Assembly: GCA_963660905.1 (NCBI GenBank)
Contig: CAVKZJ010000003.1
Location: 42,160-106,159, forward strand
Direction: 5' to 3'
From: a bacterium
GTDB lineage: Bacteria; Bacillota_I; Bacilli_A; RFN20; CAG-288
DNA length: 64,000 nt
A program made the translations under genes and the position numbers. Positions 1 through 8,395 of this stretch are shown in pieces. The stretch's first letter is position 1; every line of letters starts with the position of its first letter. Below the pieces are notes generated by a model. That model had not been told where the DNA came from, made no database searches, and worked only from the letters and a program-made list of their open reading frames with translations.

Positions 1-7
1 AATCTGT

Positions 8-871
8 TTACAATTTGCCTCCAAATACCGGGAAGAAACCGAATTTGCCATAATCCTTGATTTTTTCTATGTGTTTGAGGATTTCCATATCCTCATCTGT
101 GATGACAAAGTCAACAGTGCCATTGGCTTTCATATGCTCTGGATTTGCTGCTTTCGGAAGAACAATCATGCCAAGCTGAATGTCAAAGCGGATGCATAGC
201 TGCGGAATTGTCACGTCATATTTTTTAGCCATTTCAGCGATTGCCTTGTTTTTCAGCATCTCACCATGGGCGACTGGGGAATAGGCTTCCATCACGATGC
301 CCTTCTTTTGACAGGAATCAATCAGTGCTAAGGGAGAATTGGAAATATGGCAGAGAACTTGATTGACCATAGGTTTGATTTGTGCTGTCTCATAAAGGCT
401 TTCGATATCCTCTTGTAAGAAGTTGGAAACGCCGATTGCACGAAGCTTTCCGACTTTGTAAGCGTCTTCAAGCGCTCTCCATGCTGCACGGTTTCCTTCC
501 ACATAACGATCATTGCTCTGATTCACCTTGTCCCATGGCTGCGGGCTATGAATGATCATCATATCAAGATAGTCAAGCTTCATATCAGCAAGGGTCTTGT
601 CAATGCTTGCCGCTGCCGCTTCATATGTCTTATGTTCTGCGGCAATCTTCGACGTGACAAAGATCTGTTCTCTTTGGATGCCACAGGTACGGATTCCTTC
701 GCCTACACCACGCTCATTTCCATAAGCTTGAGCTGTATCGATATGACGATATCCGATCTGCAGTGCAGATTTTACGGCATCGGCTGCCTTATTATCGTCG
801 ATAAGCCAGGTACCCAAAGCCAGTACAGGAATTTCCACTCCATTGCGAAGCATCATCGTTTTACAAAACAT
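8..871 (-). CDS. aldo/keto reductase family oxidoreductase
   Basis: 287-aa ORF with AKR family hallmarks (IDTAQAYGNE, IIHSP, LRAIGVSNF motifs); GGAGG RBS 9 nt upstream of the ATG at 871. Confidence 0.85.
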   Translation of the reverse strand: MFCKTMMLRNGVEIPVLALGTWLIDDNKAADAVKSALQIGYRHIDTAQAYGNERGVGEGIRTCGIQREQIFVTSKIAAEHKTYEAAAASIDKTLADMKLDYLDMMIIHSPQPWDKVNQSNDRYVEGNRAAWRALEDAYKVGKLRAIGVSNFLQEDIESLYETAQIKPMVNQVLCHISNSPLALIDSCQKKGIVMEAYSPVAHGEMLKNKAIAEMAKKYDVTIPQLCIRFDIQLGMIVLPKAANPEHMKANGTVDFVITDEDMEILKHIEKIKDYGKFGFFPVFGGKL

Positions 872-874
872 TTC

Positions 875-1201
875 TTATTCCTCCGTCCATACTTCCTTGG
901 CGAGATTGAATACAGCCCAGGCCTTCGGCCATCCTGTATAAAACGCCACATGCGTGACAATCGCGGCGATTTCCTTCTTCGTGACGCCGTGATTCTTTGC
1001 GTTCTGAAGATGATATTTCAAGGACGAATCCGTAATCCCCTGTGCCATCAAAGCGACCACAGTGATGATGCTCCTTGTCTTCAGATCGATATCTTCATTG
1101 TTCCAGTTTTCTCCAAAAAGAACGTCGTCATTGAAATGTGCGAACTCTGGAGCAAACTCCCCAAGTGCATCTCTTCCTGCTGTCTGAACGATCTTTTTCA
1201 T
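875..1201 (-). CDS. carboxymuconolactone decarboxylase (AhpD-like) family protein
   Basis: 108-aa ORF; the HVAFYTGWP..A motif region is typical of the CMD/AhpD fold; sits 3 nt downstream of the AKR gene on the same strand. Confidence 0.75.
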   Translation of the reverse strand: MKKIVQTAGRDALGEFAPEFAHFNDDVLFGENWNNEDIDLKTRSIITVVALMAQGITDSSLKYHLQNAKNHGVTKKEIAAIVTHVAFYTGWPKAWAVFNLAKEVWTEE

Positions 1202-1359
1202 GTTGATTTATCCTCCATTCCACTAATATTATTATAGGTTGCTGTTAAGAATATTCTCTTATAAGCAATAGCATCTAGATTGTTTATATTTATTCTGGTA
1301 AATGCCGAATATCTGCTGATGCATTTTCTTTCTTGTGCTTCCGTTTATGGCTGCAGAGT

Positions 1360-1794
1360 TTATTTTAGGCTGTTGTATTGTTCATCAGTCACCGGTTCGC
1401 ACCACTCGTTGTGGCACTGTTCTCCAGGGACTTCGATGGCAATGTGAGAAAACCAGCTATCCTTTTTTGCTCCATGCCAATGCTTGACATTTGCCGGAAT
1501 CATCACAACGCTTCCTTCGTGCAGGCTCACTGCATCTTTTCCTTCTTCCTGATACCATCCTTCTCCGGCAGTACAGATAAGCAACTGTCCGCCACCGCTT
1601 TTTGCATGATGGATGTGCCAGTTGTTTCGGCATCCCGGTTCGAAAGTTACATTCGCTGCAAAGAGACCTTCTTTTGAATCTGTAAGGGGATTTAAGAAGG
1701 AATTTCCGATAAAGTACTTTGCGTATGCTGTATTGGCAGTTCCGGTTCCAAACATATTGTGCTGTTCAAATGTATCCTTGTCATTGAATTTCAT
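1360..1794 (-). CDS. cupin domain protein
   Basis: 144 aa; His-rich cupin motifs (WHIHH...GEG, H..H near the C-terminus); GGGAGG RBS upstream. Confidence 0.7.
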   Translation of the reverse strand: MKFNDKDTFEQHNMFGTGTANTAYAKYFIGNSFLNPLTDSKEGLFAANVTFEPGCRNNWHIHHAKSGGGQLLICTAGEGWYQEEGKDAVSLHEGSVVMIPANVKHWHGAKKDSWFSHIAIEVPGEQCHNEWCEPVTDEQYNSLK

Positions 1795-1815
1795 GATAAT
1801 GCCTCCCTTGGAATT

Positions 1816-2493
1816 TTATGCGACTTTATATCGAATCCAGACAGCACCGCTTTCAAACGACTTTACCTGTATAAGCTTTAATGGTGTTACAGGCCTATTC
1901 ATCGGAAGTCCATCAAATACAGCATTCATTCCGCCTCGTCCGTCAATGCCTGCTCCAATCAGAATGCTGATTTCATCAAGGAGTCCTGCTGCGAGAAATC
2001 CTGCGTTGATATTTCCGCCTCCGACCACGGCCATTCTTTCGACAGCGAAATCATCTGCGAGAATTTCGCATGCACGTTTTAGATCAATACGTTTCTTGCC
2101 ACAGGCAATCCAGGAGATATGTCTTTTTTTCAGATAATCAAGATAGTCTTGATTGACATCCTCGCTGGTCAGAACAAGTAAGGGATGCTTTTCGTCTGTC
2201 TGATCCTCCCAGAGCAATGTTCCATGAGTATCTGCCACGACCTCGTATTCACTGGCAGTCGCTGCTTTATGAAACGCTTCTTTTCCAAGCGGAGCATGAA
2301 CCTCGCTTGAAAATCTTCCCGGCAATGCCATCTCAAGTTCCGCCGTCACACGTCCGCTGATTCTTGTTGGTGCATCAAAGGAATCCAAAGTATTGTAATA
2401 TTCTTCTACACCTGGCAGCTGCTCCGTCATGGCACAGTCAATTCGGCCATCCAGTGCTGTCATCATGTGGCAAATGATATAGGGTTTCTTCAT
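1816..2493 (-). CDS. dihydrofolate reductase family (RibD C-terminal domain) protein
   Basis: ORF trimmed to the internal MKKPYIICHMMTALDGRID start, which has a GGGAGGA RBS; the ALDG..D and VVGGG motifs match the RibD_C/DHFR-like fold. Confidence 0.75.
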   Translation of the reverse strand: MKKPYIICHMMTALDGRIDCAMTEQLPGVEEYYNTLDSFDAPTRISGRVTAELEMALPGRFSSEVHAPLGKEAFHKAATASEYEVVADTHGTLLWEDQTDEKHPLLVLTSEDVNQDYLDYLKKRHISWIACGKKRIDLKRACEILADDFAVERMAVVGGGNINAGFLAAGLLDEISILIGAGIDGRGGMNAVFDGLPMNRPVTPLKLIQVKSFESGAVWIRYKVA

Positions 2494-2559
2494 CCAAGTA
2501 TTCCTCCCGTCAGTATCTTGAAACACATCATTACACGTGCTATATTTACGATAAACCAT

Positions 2560-2610
2560 GAACCTGACTTTAGGTCAAGTGTTTTTGAAAGATAATTTTG
2601 GAGGTATGCC
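2560..2610. promoter_or_regulatory. divergent promoter region with imperfect dyad (TGAC-ttta-GGTCA), possible MerR operator
   Basis: Inverted repeat lies between the divergent DHFR-like and MerR genes; spacing of promoter elements not verified. Confidence 0.25.
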
Positions 2611-3066
2611 ATGTATACGATAGGACAGGTAGCAGAGATGTTTGATCTCCCGATTTCGACGCTTCGCTATTACGATAAACAGGGGCTTTTCCCGCAGCTT
2701 ACAAGAGAATCTGGAATTCGCAAATTCAGCGATCATGAAATTGAAGCGCTCCGAGTGATTGAGTGCTTAAAGAAATCTGGTCTTGAAATCAAGGATATCA
2801 AACTTTTCATGGAATGGTGTGCAAAGGGTTCTGATACGTATTCGAATCGTTATGAACTTATCCATAGACAAAAAGAACGCGTCGAAGCAGAAATTTTGCA
2901 GTTGCATAAGACATTGGATATGCTCACCTACAAATGCTGGTATTACACACAGGCCATGAAGGATGGCAATGAGGACAATGCAAAAGCATTGACTCCAGAG
3001 GGTCTGCCAAAAGATATCCGAAAAGCCTATGATAATTCGCACAATGAATGTCCTGATAAAAAATAA
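2611..3066 (+). CDS. MerR family transcriptional regulator
   Basis: N-terminal MerR-type HTH (YTIGQVAEMFDLPISTLRYYDKQGL); GGAGG RBS. Confidence 0.85.
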   Translation: MYTIGQVAEMFDLPISTLRYYDKQGLFPQLTRESGIRKFSDHEIEALRVIECLKKSGLEIKDIKLFMEWCAKGSDTYSNRYELIHRQKERVEAEILQLHKTLDMLTYKCWYYTQAMKDGNEDNAKALTPEGLPKDIRKAYDNSHNECPDKK

Positions 3067-3094
3067 ATCGAATTTGACATAAGGGTTTTCTGAA

Positions 3095-3126
3095 AAAATA
3101 AAAAAACTCAGCAATTGCTGAGTCAA
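3095..3126. terminator. bidirectional rho-independent terminator (CTCAGCAATTGCTGAG hairpin flanked by A-run/T-run)
   Basis: Perfect 16-nt palindrome; T-run on the minus strand terminates the tRNA, A-rich plus-strand side follows the merR-like gene. Confidence 0.5.
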
Positions 3127-3134
3127 TCATTCAT

Positions 3135-3209
3135 TGGTAGCGGGGAAAGGATTCGAACCGATGACCTCCAGGTTATGAGCCTGGCGAGCTACCACTGCTC
3201 CACCCCGCG
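3135..3209 (-). tRNA. tRNA with CAT anticodon (Met, or Ile2 if lysidinylated); T-stem appears mismatched
   Basis: Manual fold: 7-bp acceptor stem, GAGC/GCTC D-stem, CCAGG/CCTGG anticodon stem with CTCATAA loop, TTCGAAT T-loop and 3' CCA. The T-stem pairs ATCGG with CCTTT, so only 3 of 5 pairs form. Confidence 0.7.
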
Positions 3210-3320
3210 ATGTAGTTGCTATCTTTCTAGCGACGTTTATTCTATCACGCCTTGGATGGATATGCAAGACTTTTCGATGCTTGCTACTGTCTTGTGGTTG
3301 TTTTGCCTTTCTTATTTTCT

Positions 3321-4046
3321 TTATTCGATTTCGATTTCTGATAAGGATTCATGGATCGAAGAGGTAATCTTATCGACTTTTGACTGCACGAGTTCGGGTG
3401 AGGAAATAAACGTGAAAGAAGTATCGACTTTTTCGAGCATGGAGATGTCGTTATAGGAGTCTCCCATGCCATAGATGAAGTCGATGTTCATCAACTTCTT
3501 TAGTCGAAGGATGGCCTCCCCTTTTGAACATCCATTTGCCGTGATATCGACAAATGGACCGTTGTTATAGGCCTTGACCGGATAGAATGCATTAAGATGC
3601 TGACAGATATCATAGGCTTTAGCAGTGCTCTCTGTCAGAAAAGAGATGCCATAGACATGTGAAGGAAGCATATTGAGATCCTTCATCTGGACAACGATTT
3701 CATATTCATCGAAAAGAGAATAGAAATTGTCTCCACAGTTATAAGCTAGATGATACTTCTCTTGATATTCCTGGGTGATCTTCAAAACAGCATCGATGTC
3801 GATTGTCTTCGAAAAGATCGGATCTTTCCGGCTATCGAGTATCAGAGAACCGGTGGCAAGAATATAAAAATCGAAATGAATCCTTTCCTTTACTGGAACA
3901 AGAACGCCATAGAGGCTTCTTCCTGTGCAGACACCAAAAAGGAGACCTGCCTTTTGTTTTCTTTCGATGGCAAGGAGATCTTTTTCTCTGAAGCCGTCCT
4001 TGAAGTAGAGGGTATTGTCAAAATCGGAAGCAAAGGCCTTTTTCAT
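3321..4046 (-). CDS. HAD-superfamily Cof-type phosphatase
   Basis: Start trimmed to MKKAFASDFDNTL (DxD HAD motif I), which has an AAAGGAGAAG RBS; C-terminal GDSYNDISM motif (HAD motif IV). Confidence 0.8.
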   Translation of the reverse strand: MKKAFASDFDNTLYFKDGFREKDLLAIERKQKAGLLFGVCTGRSLYGVLVPVKERIHFDFYILATGSLILDSRKDPIFSKTIDIDAVLKITQEYQEKYHLAYNCGDNFYSLFDEYEIVVQMKDLNMLPSHVYGISFLTESTAKAYDICQHLNAFYPVKAYNNGPFVDITANGCSKGEAILRLKKLMNIDFIYGMGDSYNDISMLEKVDTSFTFISSPELVQSKVDKITSSIHESLSEIEIE

Positions 4047-4099
4047 GAATCTTCTCCTTTCTAGTGAAAACAAGAAACAAAATCATTATAATACAAAGG

Positions 4100-4594
4100 A
4101 TGAAAATCTTGGCTCTCTCTGATCTTCATAATGATCAGGAATATACTCGTGCAATGATTGAGCTCTTCAAGGAAGAAAAGTTCGATAAGATGTATATTCT
4201 TGGTGATATCCTTGAAGATTCCATTCGGATGCTCAATCCATTCAGCGAAAAAATCTTAGCAGTCAAGGGAAACTGTGATGGCACGACGGAGGAAGACCTT
4301 GCTCGGTTTCCTCTTCCCTATATTACGTATGACTATGCCTTTTCGAAACTGATTGTCTTGACGCACGGGCATTATTATAACCCGTATAATTATGATCAGC
4401 CCTTCGATATTATGCTCTTAGGACATTCTCATCAAAGCGGAATCTTTGTAGATGACAAAAAGAGAATCATCGCCAATCCCGGTTCGATTTCCCGTCCGAG
4501 AGATGGATATCATTCCTATATGACGATCAATGAAAAAGGGATCACCATCTTTGACTACAATTCCAGAGGTGTGATTCATAAGCTCGATTTCTAA
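4100..4594 (+). CDS. metallophosphoesterase, YfcE/MJ0936 family
   Basis: MKILALSDLHN ... GDILED ... GNCD ... LTHGH ... GHSH metal-binding motifs; start trimmed to the MKIL ATG. Confidence 0.8.
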   Translation: MKILALSDLHNDQEYTRAMIELFKEEKFDKMYILGDILEDSIRMLNPFSEKILAVKGNCDGTTEEDLARFPLPYITYDYAFSKLIVLTHGHYYNPYNYDQPFDIMLLGHSHQSGIFVDDKKRIIANPGSISRPRDGYHSYMTINEKGITIFDYNSRGVIHKLDF

Positions 4595-4607
4595 GGAGGA
4601 AAAGAAA

Positions 4608-5147
4608 ATGACAAATATTCTGATTGGTTCTGATATTCATGGAAGCTATAAGTTCGCAAAAATATTTTTTGGAAAGGTGGAGAAATATGCTCCGAAGAAG
4701 ATTCTTCTCTGTGGTGATTTTTATTACAATGGAGCAAGAAATGTACCGCCGGAGGAATATTCTCCCAAGGATGTTGTCTCCCTTTTGAATGAATATGCAG
4801 ATAAGATCATTGCGGTGAAAGGAAACTGTGAATCTGAGGTGGACCAGTGGGTAAGCAATTTCCCGATTTCCGATATGGCGACTCTCTATCTCTTCGATAA
4901 GGAAATTCTGATGACGCACGGACATCATTTTTCCTTTGAGAATCTTCCAAAAAATCCTGGTGATATCTTCCTTCAGGGCCATACCCATATCGGTGTTCTG
5001 GAAAAGAAGGAGAATCTGATCTTGATGAATCCGGGAAGCATTTCTCTTCCTAAGGATGGACATCATTCCTATATCCTGATGAATGAAGAAGGAATCAAGC
5101 TTCTTGATCTATTCGACGATCATGTCTATAAGGAACTGAAATTTTAG
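4608..5147 (+). CDS. metallophosphoesterase, YfcE/MJ0936 family (tandem paralog)
   Basis: Same motif set (GSDIHG, GDFYYNG, GNCE, MTHGH, GHTH); AAGGAGGA RBS; 13 nt after the upstream paralog. Confidence 0.8.
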   Translation: MTNILIGSDIHGSYKFAKIFFGKVEKYAPKKILLCGDFYYNGARNVPPEEYSPKDVVSLLNEYADKIIAVKGNCESEVDQWVSNFPISDMATLYLFDKEILMTHGHHFSFENLPKNPGDIFLQGHTHIGVLEKKENLILMNPGSISLPKDGHHSYILMNEEGIKLLDLFDDHVYKELKF

Positions 5148-5207
5148 CATAGGAAAAAGGTAGGCTTTCTTCTCACTACATGGATTGTAGTCAGAGCCTA
5201 CCTTTTT

Positions 5208-7154
5208 CTATAGCTTTCTCAATTCGTCAAGAAGGGTATCTGGACAGCTGTCCGAAGCCATTCTATAGTCTCCTCTCGGTGAGAGGGTGACACTGCCGAC
5301 TTTCGGACCATCAGGAAGACAGCTTCTCTTGAAATGCTGGCTGAAGAAGCGATGATAGAAATTTTCTAAACTCTTCTTTACATGTTCTTTTGTTTCTTCC
5401 GGATAGGCAAGAAGCGTGAGAATCATGATCTTTTCAGGGGAGAATCCATAGCGGAGGAAATAGAAAAGGAAGAAGTCGTTGAGATCATATTTTCCGATTC
5501 TTTCCTCGGTCTTTTGGGCAATCTTTCCATCCTTATTCGGTGTGAGTTCGGGAGAAATCGGAGTATCAATGATGCTTTTGAGTGTCTTGCTCAATTTTTC
5601 GTCGGCCAAGGTATCGCTATAGGCTTCCACGATGTATTTGACGAGCGTTTTCGGAATCGAGCTGTTGACGGCATACATAGACATATGATCTCCGTTGTAG
5701 GTGCACCAGCCGAGAGCCAATTCGCTGAGGTCTCCTGTTCCGACGACCATTCCCGATTCCATATTGGCAATATCCATCAGGATATAGGTTCGCATTCTTG
5801 CCTGCGCGTTCTCATAGGCCACATCCTTTTCTCCTTCATAGGATAGAGGATGATGGATATCCTTCAGATGCTCTTCGACGGTCTTTCGAATCGGAATCTC
5901 TCGGATTTCGACATCGAGTTCTTTCATGAGGTCGAAGGCATTGTTTTTTGTCAGATTGCTCGTCATTCCTTCACTGGGCATGGTGATGCCGATGATATGG
6001 ATTTCCGGGACGATTTTCTTTGCCTGACTGGCCACAAGAAGGGCTAAAGTGGAATCGAGTCCGCCGGAGATGCCGATGACAAGGTTATGTATCTTGGTGT
6101 TCTTCACTCTCGTGGCCAAGCCATGGGCCTGAATCGAAAGGATTTCAAGACATCTTTCCTTTCTTTCATCTTTCTTATCGGGAACGAAAGGGTTTCGAGT
6201 AATTGGATAATTTTCTTTCTTAAGAGCGCTGACCTTTTCCTCGAGAGATTGCTCGTCCTGGACAAATTTCCTCAGACGGACGGGAATGATCCGATAGCTG
6301 TCGTTTCTGTTTTCGAATGTGGATTGATGCATGCGGTTGTAGGTGGATTTATCGATATCGAGAATTCCGGAAATGGAAGACGGTGTTGTTGGGAAGAAGG
6401 TTTCATTTCGAATGCTTCCATTTTCGACAATCAGATTATGTCCGGAGAAGACAAGATCCTGAGAGGATTCATCAAAGCTGCTCGAGCAATACAGATAGGA
6501 ACAATATAGCGTTGATGACTGCATTCTGACGAGATCGTTTCTATATTTTCTTTTGGCAACATTTTCATCGCTTGCTGAAAGATTGAGAATGATGTTTGCT
6601 CCGTTTAGACAGGCTTTGGTCGAAGGCTTGTCTCCGACCCAGAGATCCTCACAGATTTCCGATGCGATGACAGCCGAAGAGTTCTCATCTTTTAAAAGAA
6701 GGTCGATTCCAAAAGGAACCTCTTCCCCATGGATCGAAATCGTTTTTCCAGTGATTTCTTTTCCAGAGGCAAACCAACGTGCCTCATAGAATTCGCCATA
6801 ATTCGGAATATAGGATTTTGGAACGACACCGATTATTTTCCCGTTAGAGAGATAGACTGCACAATTATAAAGCCGATTCTGAAATAGAAGAGGGGCACCG
6901 ACAACCAAGAGATTTTCCTGATGTGCGGTCATGTCCCTGAGCAGGAATAAGGCTTTTTCGATTTCATCGAAATATGACTTCTGAAAAAAGAGATCCTGAG
7001 CGGTATATCCGATCAGAGAGAGCTCGGGAGTCAAAAGAATCGCCGCGTCTTTCTTTTCGAGATAGAGCTTTTTGATGCTTTCCGTATTGAAATGAATATC
7101 GGCTATCTTCAGTTCAGGGATTAGGCAGGCAGCCTTCAATAGATTAAGGGACAT
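5208..7154 (-). CDS. nadE: glutamine-dependent NAD+ synthetase (N-terminal CN-hydrolase domain plus NadE domain)
   Basis: 648 aa; N-terminal nitrilase-like domain followed by the PP-loop ATPase motif GISGGLDS. Confidence 0.9.
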   Translation of the reverse strand: MSLNLLKAACLIPELKIADIHFNTESIKKLYLEKKDAAILLTPELSLIGYTAQDLFFQKSYFDEIEKALFLLRDMTAHQENLLVVGAPLLFQNRLYNCAVYLSNGKIIGVVPKSYIPNYGEFYEARWFASGKEITGKTISIHGEEVPFGIDLLLKDENSSAVIASEICEDLWVGDKPSTKACLNGANIILNLSASDENVAKRKYRNDLVRMQSSTLYCSYLYCSSSFDESSQDLVFSGHNLIVENGSIRNETFFPTTPSSISGILDIDKSTYNRMHQSTFENRNDSYRIIPVRLRKFVQDEQSLEEKVSALKKENYPITRNPFVPDKKDERKERCLEILSIQAHGLATRVKNTKIHNLVIGISGGLDSTLALLVASQAKKIVPEIHIIGITMPSEGMTSNLTKNNAFDLMKELDVEIREIPIRKTVEEHLKDIHHPLSYEGEKDVAYENAQARMRTYILMDIANMESGMVVGTGDLSELALGWCTYNGDHMSMYAVNSSIPKTLVKYIVEAYSDTLADEKLSKTLKSIIDTPISPELTPNKDGKIAQKTEERIGKYDLNDFFLFYFLRYGFSPEKIMILTLLAYPEETKEHVKKSLENFYHRFFSQHFKRSCLPDGPKVGSVTLSPRGDYRMASDSCPDTLLDELRKL

Positions 7155-7258
7155 GATTCTTCTTTTTCTTTCTTTTCGAAAAAGTATAATCCAAAACCTT
7201 TTCTTTGTCCACAGAATCGAAGGCAGTCATAAGGGTTGATGAACAAAAGATGTCAATC

Positions 7259-7287
7259 TTGACAAAGAGACACAGGGGGGGTAAAAT
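7259..7287 (+). promoter_or_regulatory. sigma-A-like promoter for the LytTR gene (TTGACA, 17-nt spacer, TAAAAT), spacer contains a G7 tract
   Basis: -35 hexamer at 7259-7264, -10 hexamer at 7282-7287, exactly 17 nt between them; GGGGGGG at 7275-7281. Confidence 0.4.
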
Positions 7288-7356
7288 TTCCACGAAAAAT
7301 GCCGTAAGTCGTCTTCTTTTGAGAAGCCGAAGCCGACATTTGGAGGATGGAAAACG

Positions 7357-8067
7357 ATGAAAGTGGCTATTGTCGGAAAGGATATATCCACGTATGAAAC
7401 TCTTGTGGATATTCTCCATGGATATTCTTCAGAAAACCATATGGAGATCGAAATCCAGCAATATGAGCAAGGACATCTGTTTTTGAAAAACCTTTCCCAT
7501 ATCTTTGATTTGGTTTTTATCGACACATCACTAGAAGATATGGACGGATTTGATGTTGCACGGAAATTGAAGGCTTTTGACGACAATGTCTTTCTTATTT
7601 TCACATCAGAGAATGAGAAACTTGCCATCAAGGGATATGAATTGAATGCAGTCGACTTTCTTCTGAAGCCGATTGACCAATCTTATCTTCTTCAGAAATT
7701 GCCTCGTGTCATTCTTTATATTAAGAAGGAGCAGGATAAATATCGAAAGATTATGATCAGCAATGAGAATGGCAGTCTGATTCTCAACAGCTACGAAATC
7801 AAATATGTCGAAATCATCAACCACAGGCTTTTCTATCATACGACCAAGGGTGTCTATGATACATATGGTTCACTTTCTGAAATCGAAAAGATTCTTCCCT
7901 CTATTTTTGTCCGATGCAATCACTGTTATCTTGTCAATCTCAGCTATGTATCCGGCATCAATAAATATACAGTCTATGTCGGAAAAGATGAATTGATGAT
8001 TTCGCATCCGAAGAAAAAGGAATTCCAGGATGCCTTGACGAAATATCTGAAAATGTATGGGCCTTGA
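7357..8067 (+). CDS. LytTR-family response regulator (orphan; no cognate histidine kinase in window)
   Basis: N-terminal receiver-like domain followed by a C-terminal LytTR DNA-binding domain (YEIKYVEI...FVRCNHCYLVNLSYV); GGAGG RBS. Confidence 0.85.
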   Translation: MKVAIVGKDISTYETLVDILHGYSSENHMEIEIQQYEQGHLFLKNLSHIFDLVFIDTSLEDMDGFDVARKLKAFDDNVFLIFTSENEKLAIKGYELNAVDFLLKPIDQSYLLQKLPRVILYIKKEQDKYRKIMISNENGSLILNSYEIKYVEIINHRLFYHTTKGVYDTYGSLSEIEKILPSIFVRCNHCYLVNLSYVSGINKYTVYVGKDELMISHPKKKEFQDALTKYLKMYGP

Positions 8068-8289
8068 TTGGGTGAATAAGAGATATCGAAAGATATCCAA
8101 TTTTTTATGTTGAAAAACACTTTCCGCAAGGATTTGCATTGATTACAGATTCGTGAAAATGACTATACAAATGAATAAATGTGTTAATTATCTTGCTTGA
8201 ATTCATCTTTCTTTGAGAGTGTATCCGCTTACATCTACGAAAATAATACGACAACTTACGAAGCCAAAAGAAGAAGTTAAGCGGTTACA

Positions 8290-8318
8290 TTGATTTACAA
8301 AATTCTTTTTCCTAGAAT
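8290..8318 (+). promoter_or_regulatory. candidate promoter of first GH3 gene (TTGATT, 17-nt spacer, TAGAAT)
   Basis: Hexamers and spacing read directly from the sequence; about 78 nt upstream of the ATG at 8396. Confidence 0.35.
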
Positions 8319-8395
8319 GCATTTGTCGATAAAAGGAACACTCTGTTAGTCCCCAATAACGGTCGTTCCATGGTTTTATTCTAAGGAGGTAACAT

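Noticed and set aside
3115-3456. 113-aa plus-strand ORF
   Set aside because: Overlaps the minus-strand tRNA(CAT) and the 3' end of the HAD phosphatase gene on the opposite strand; no RBS; spurious
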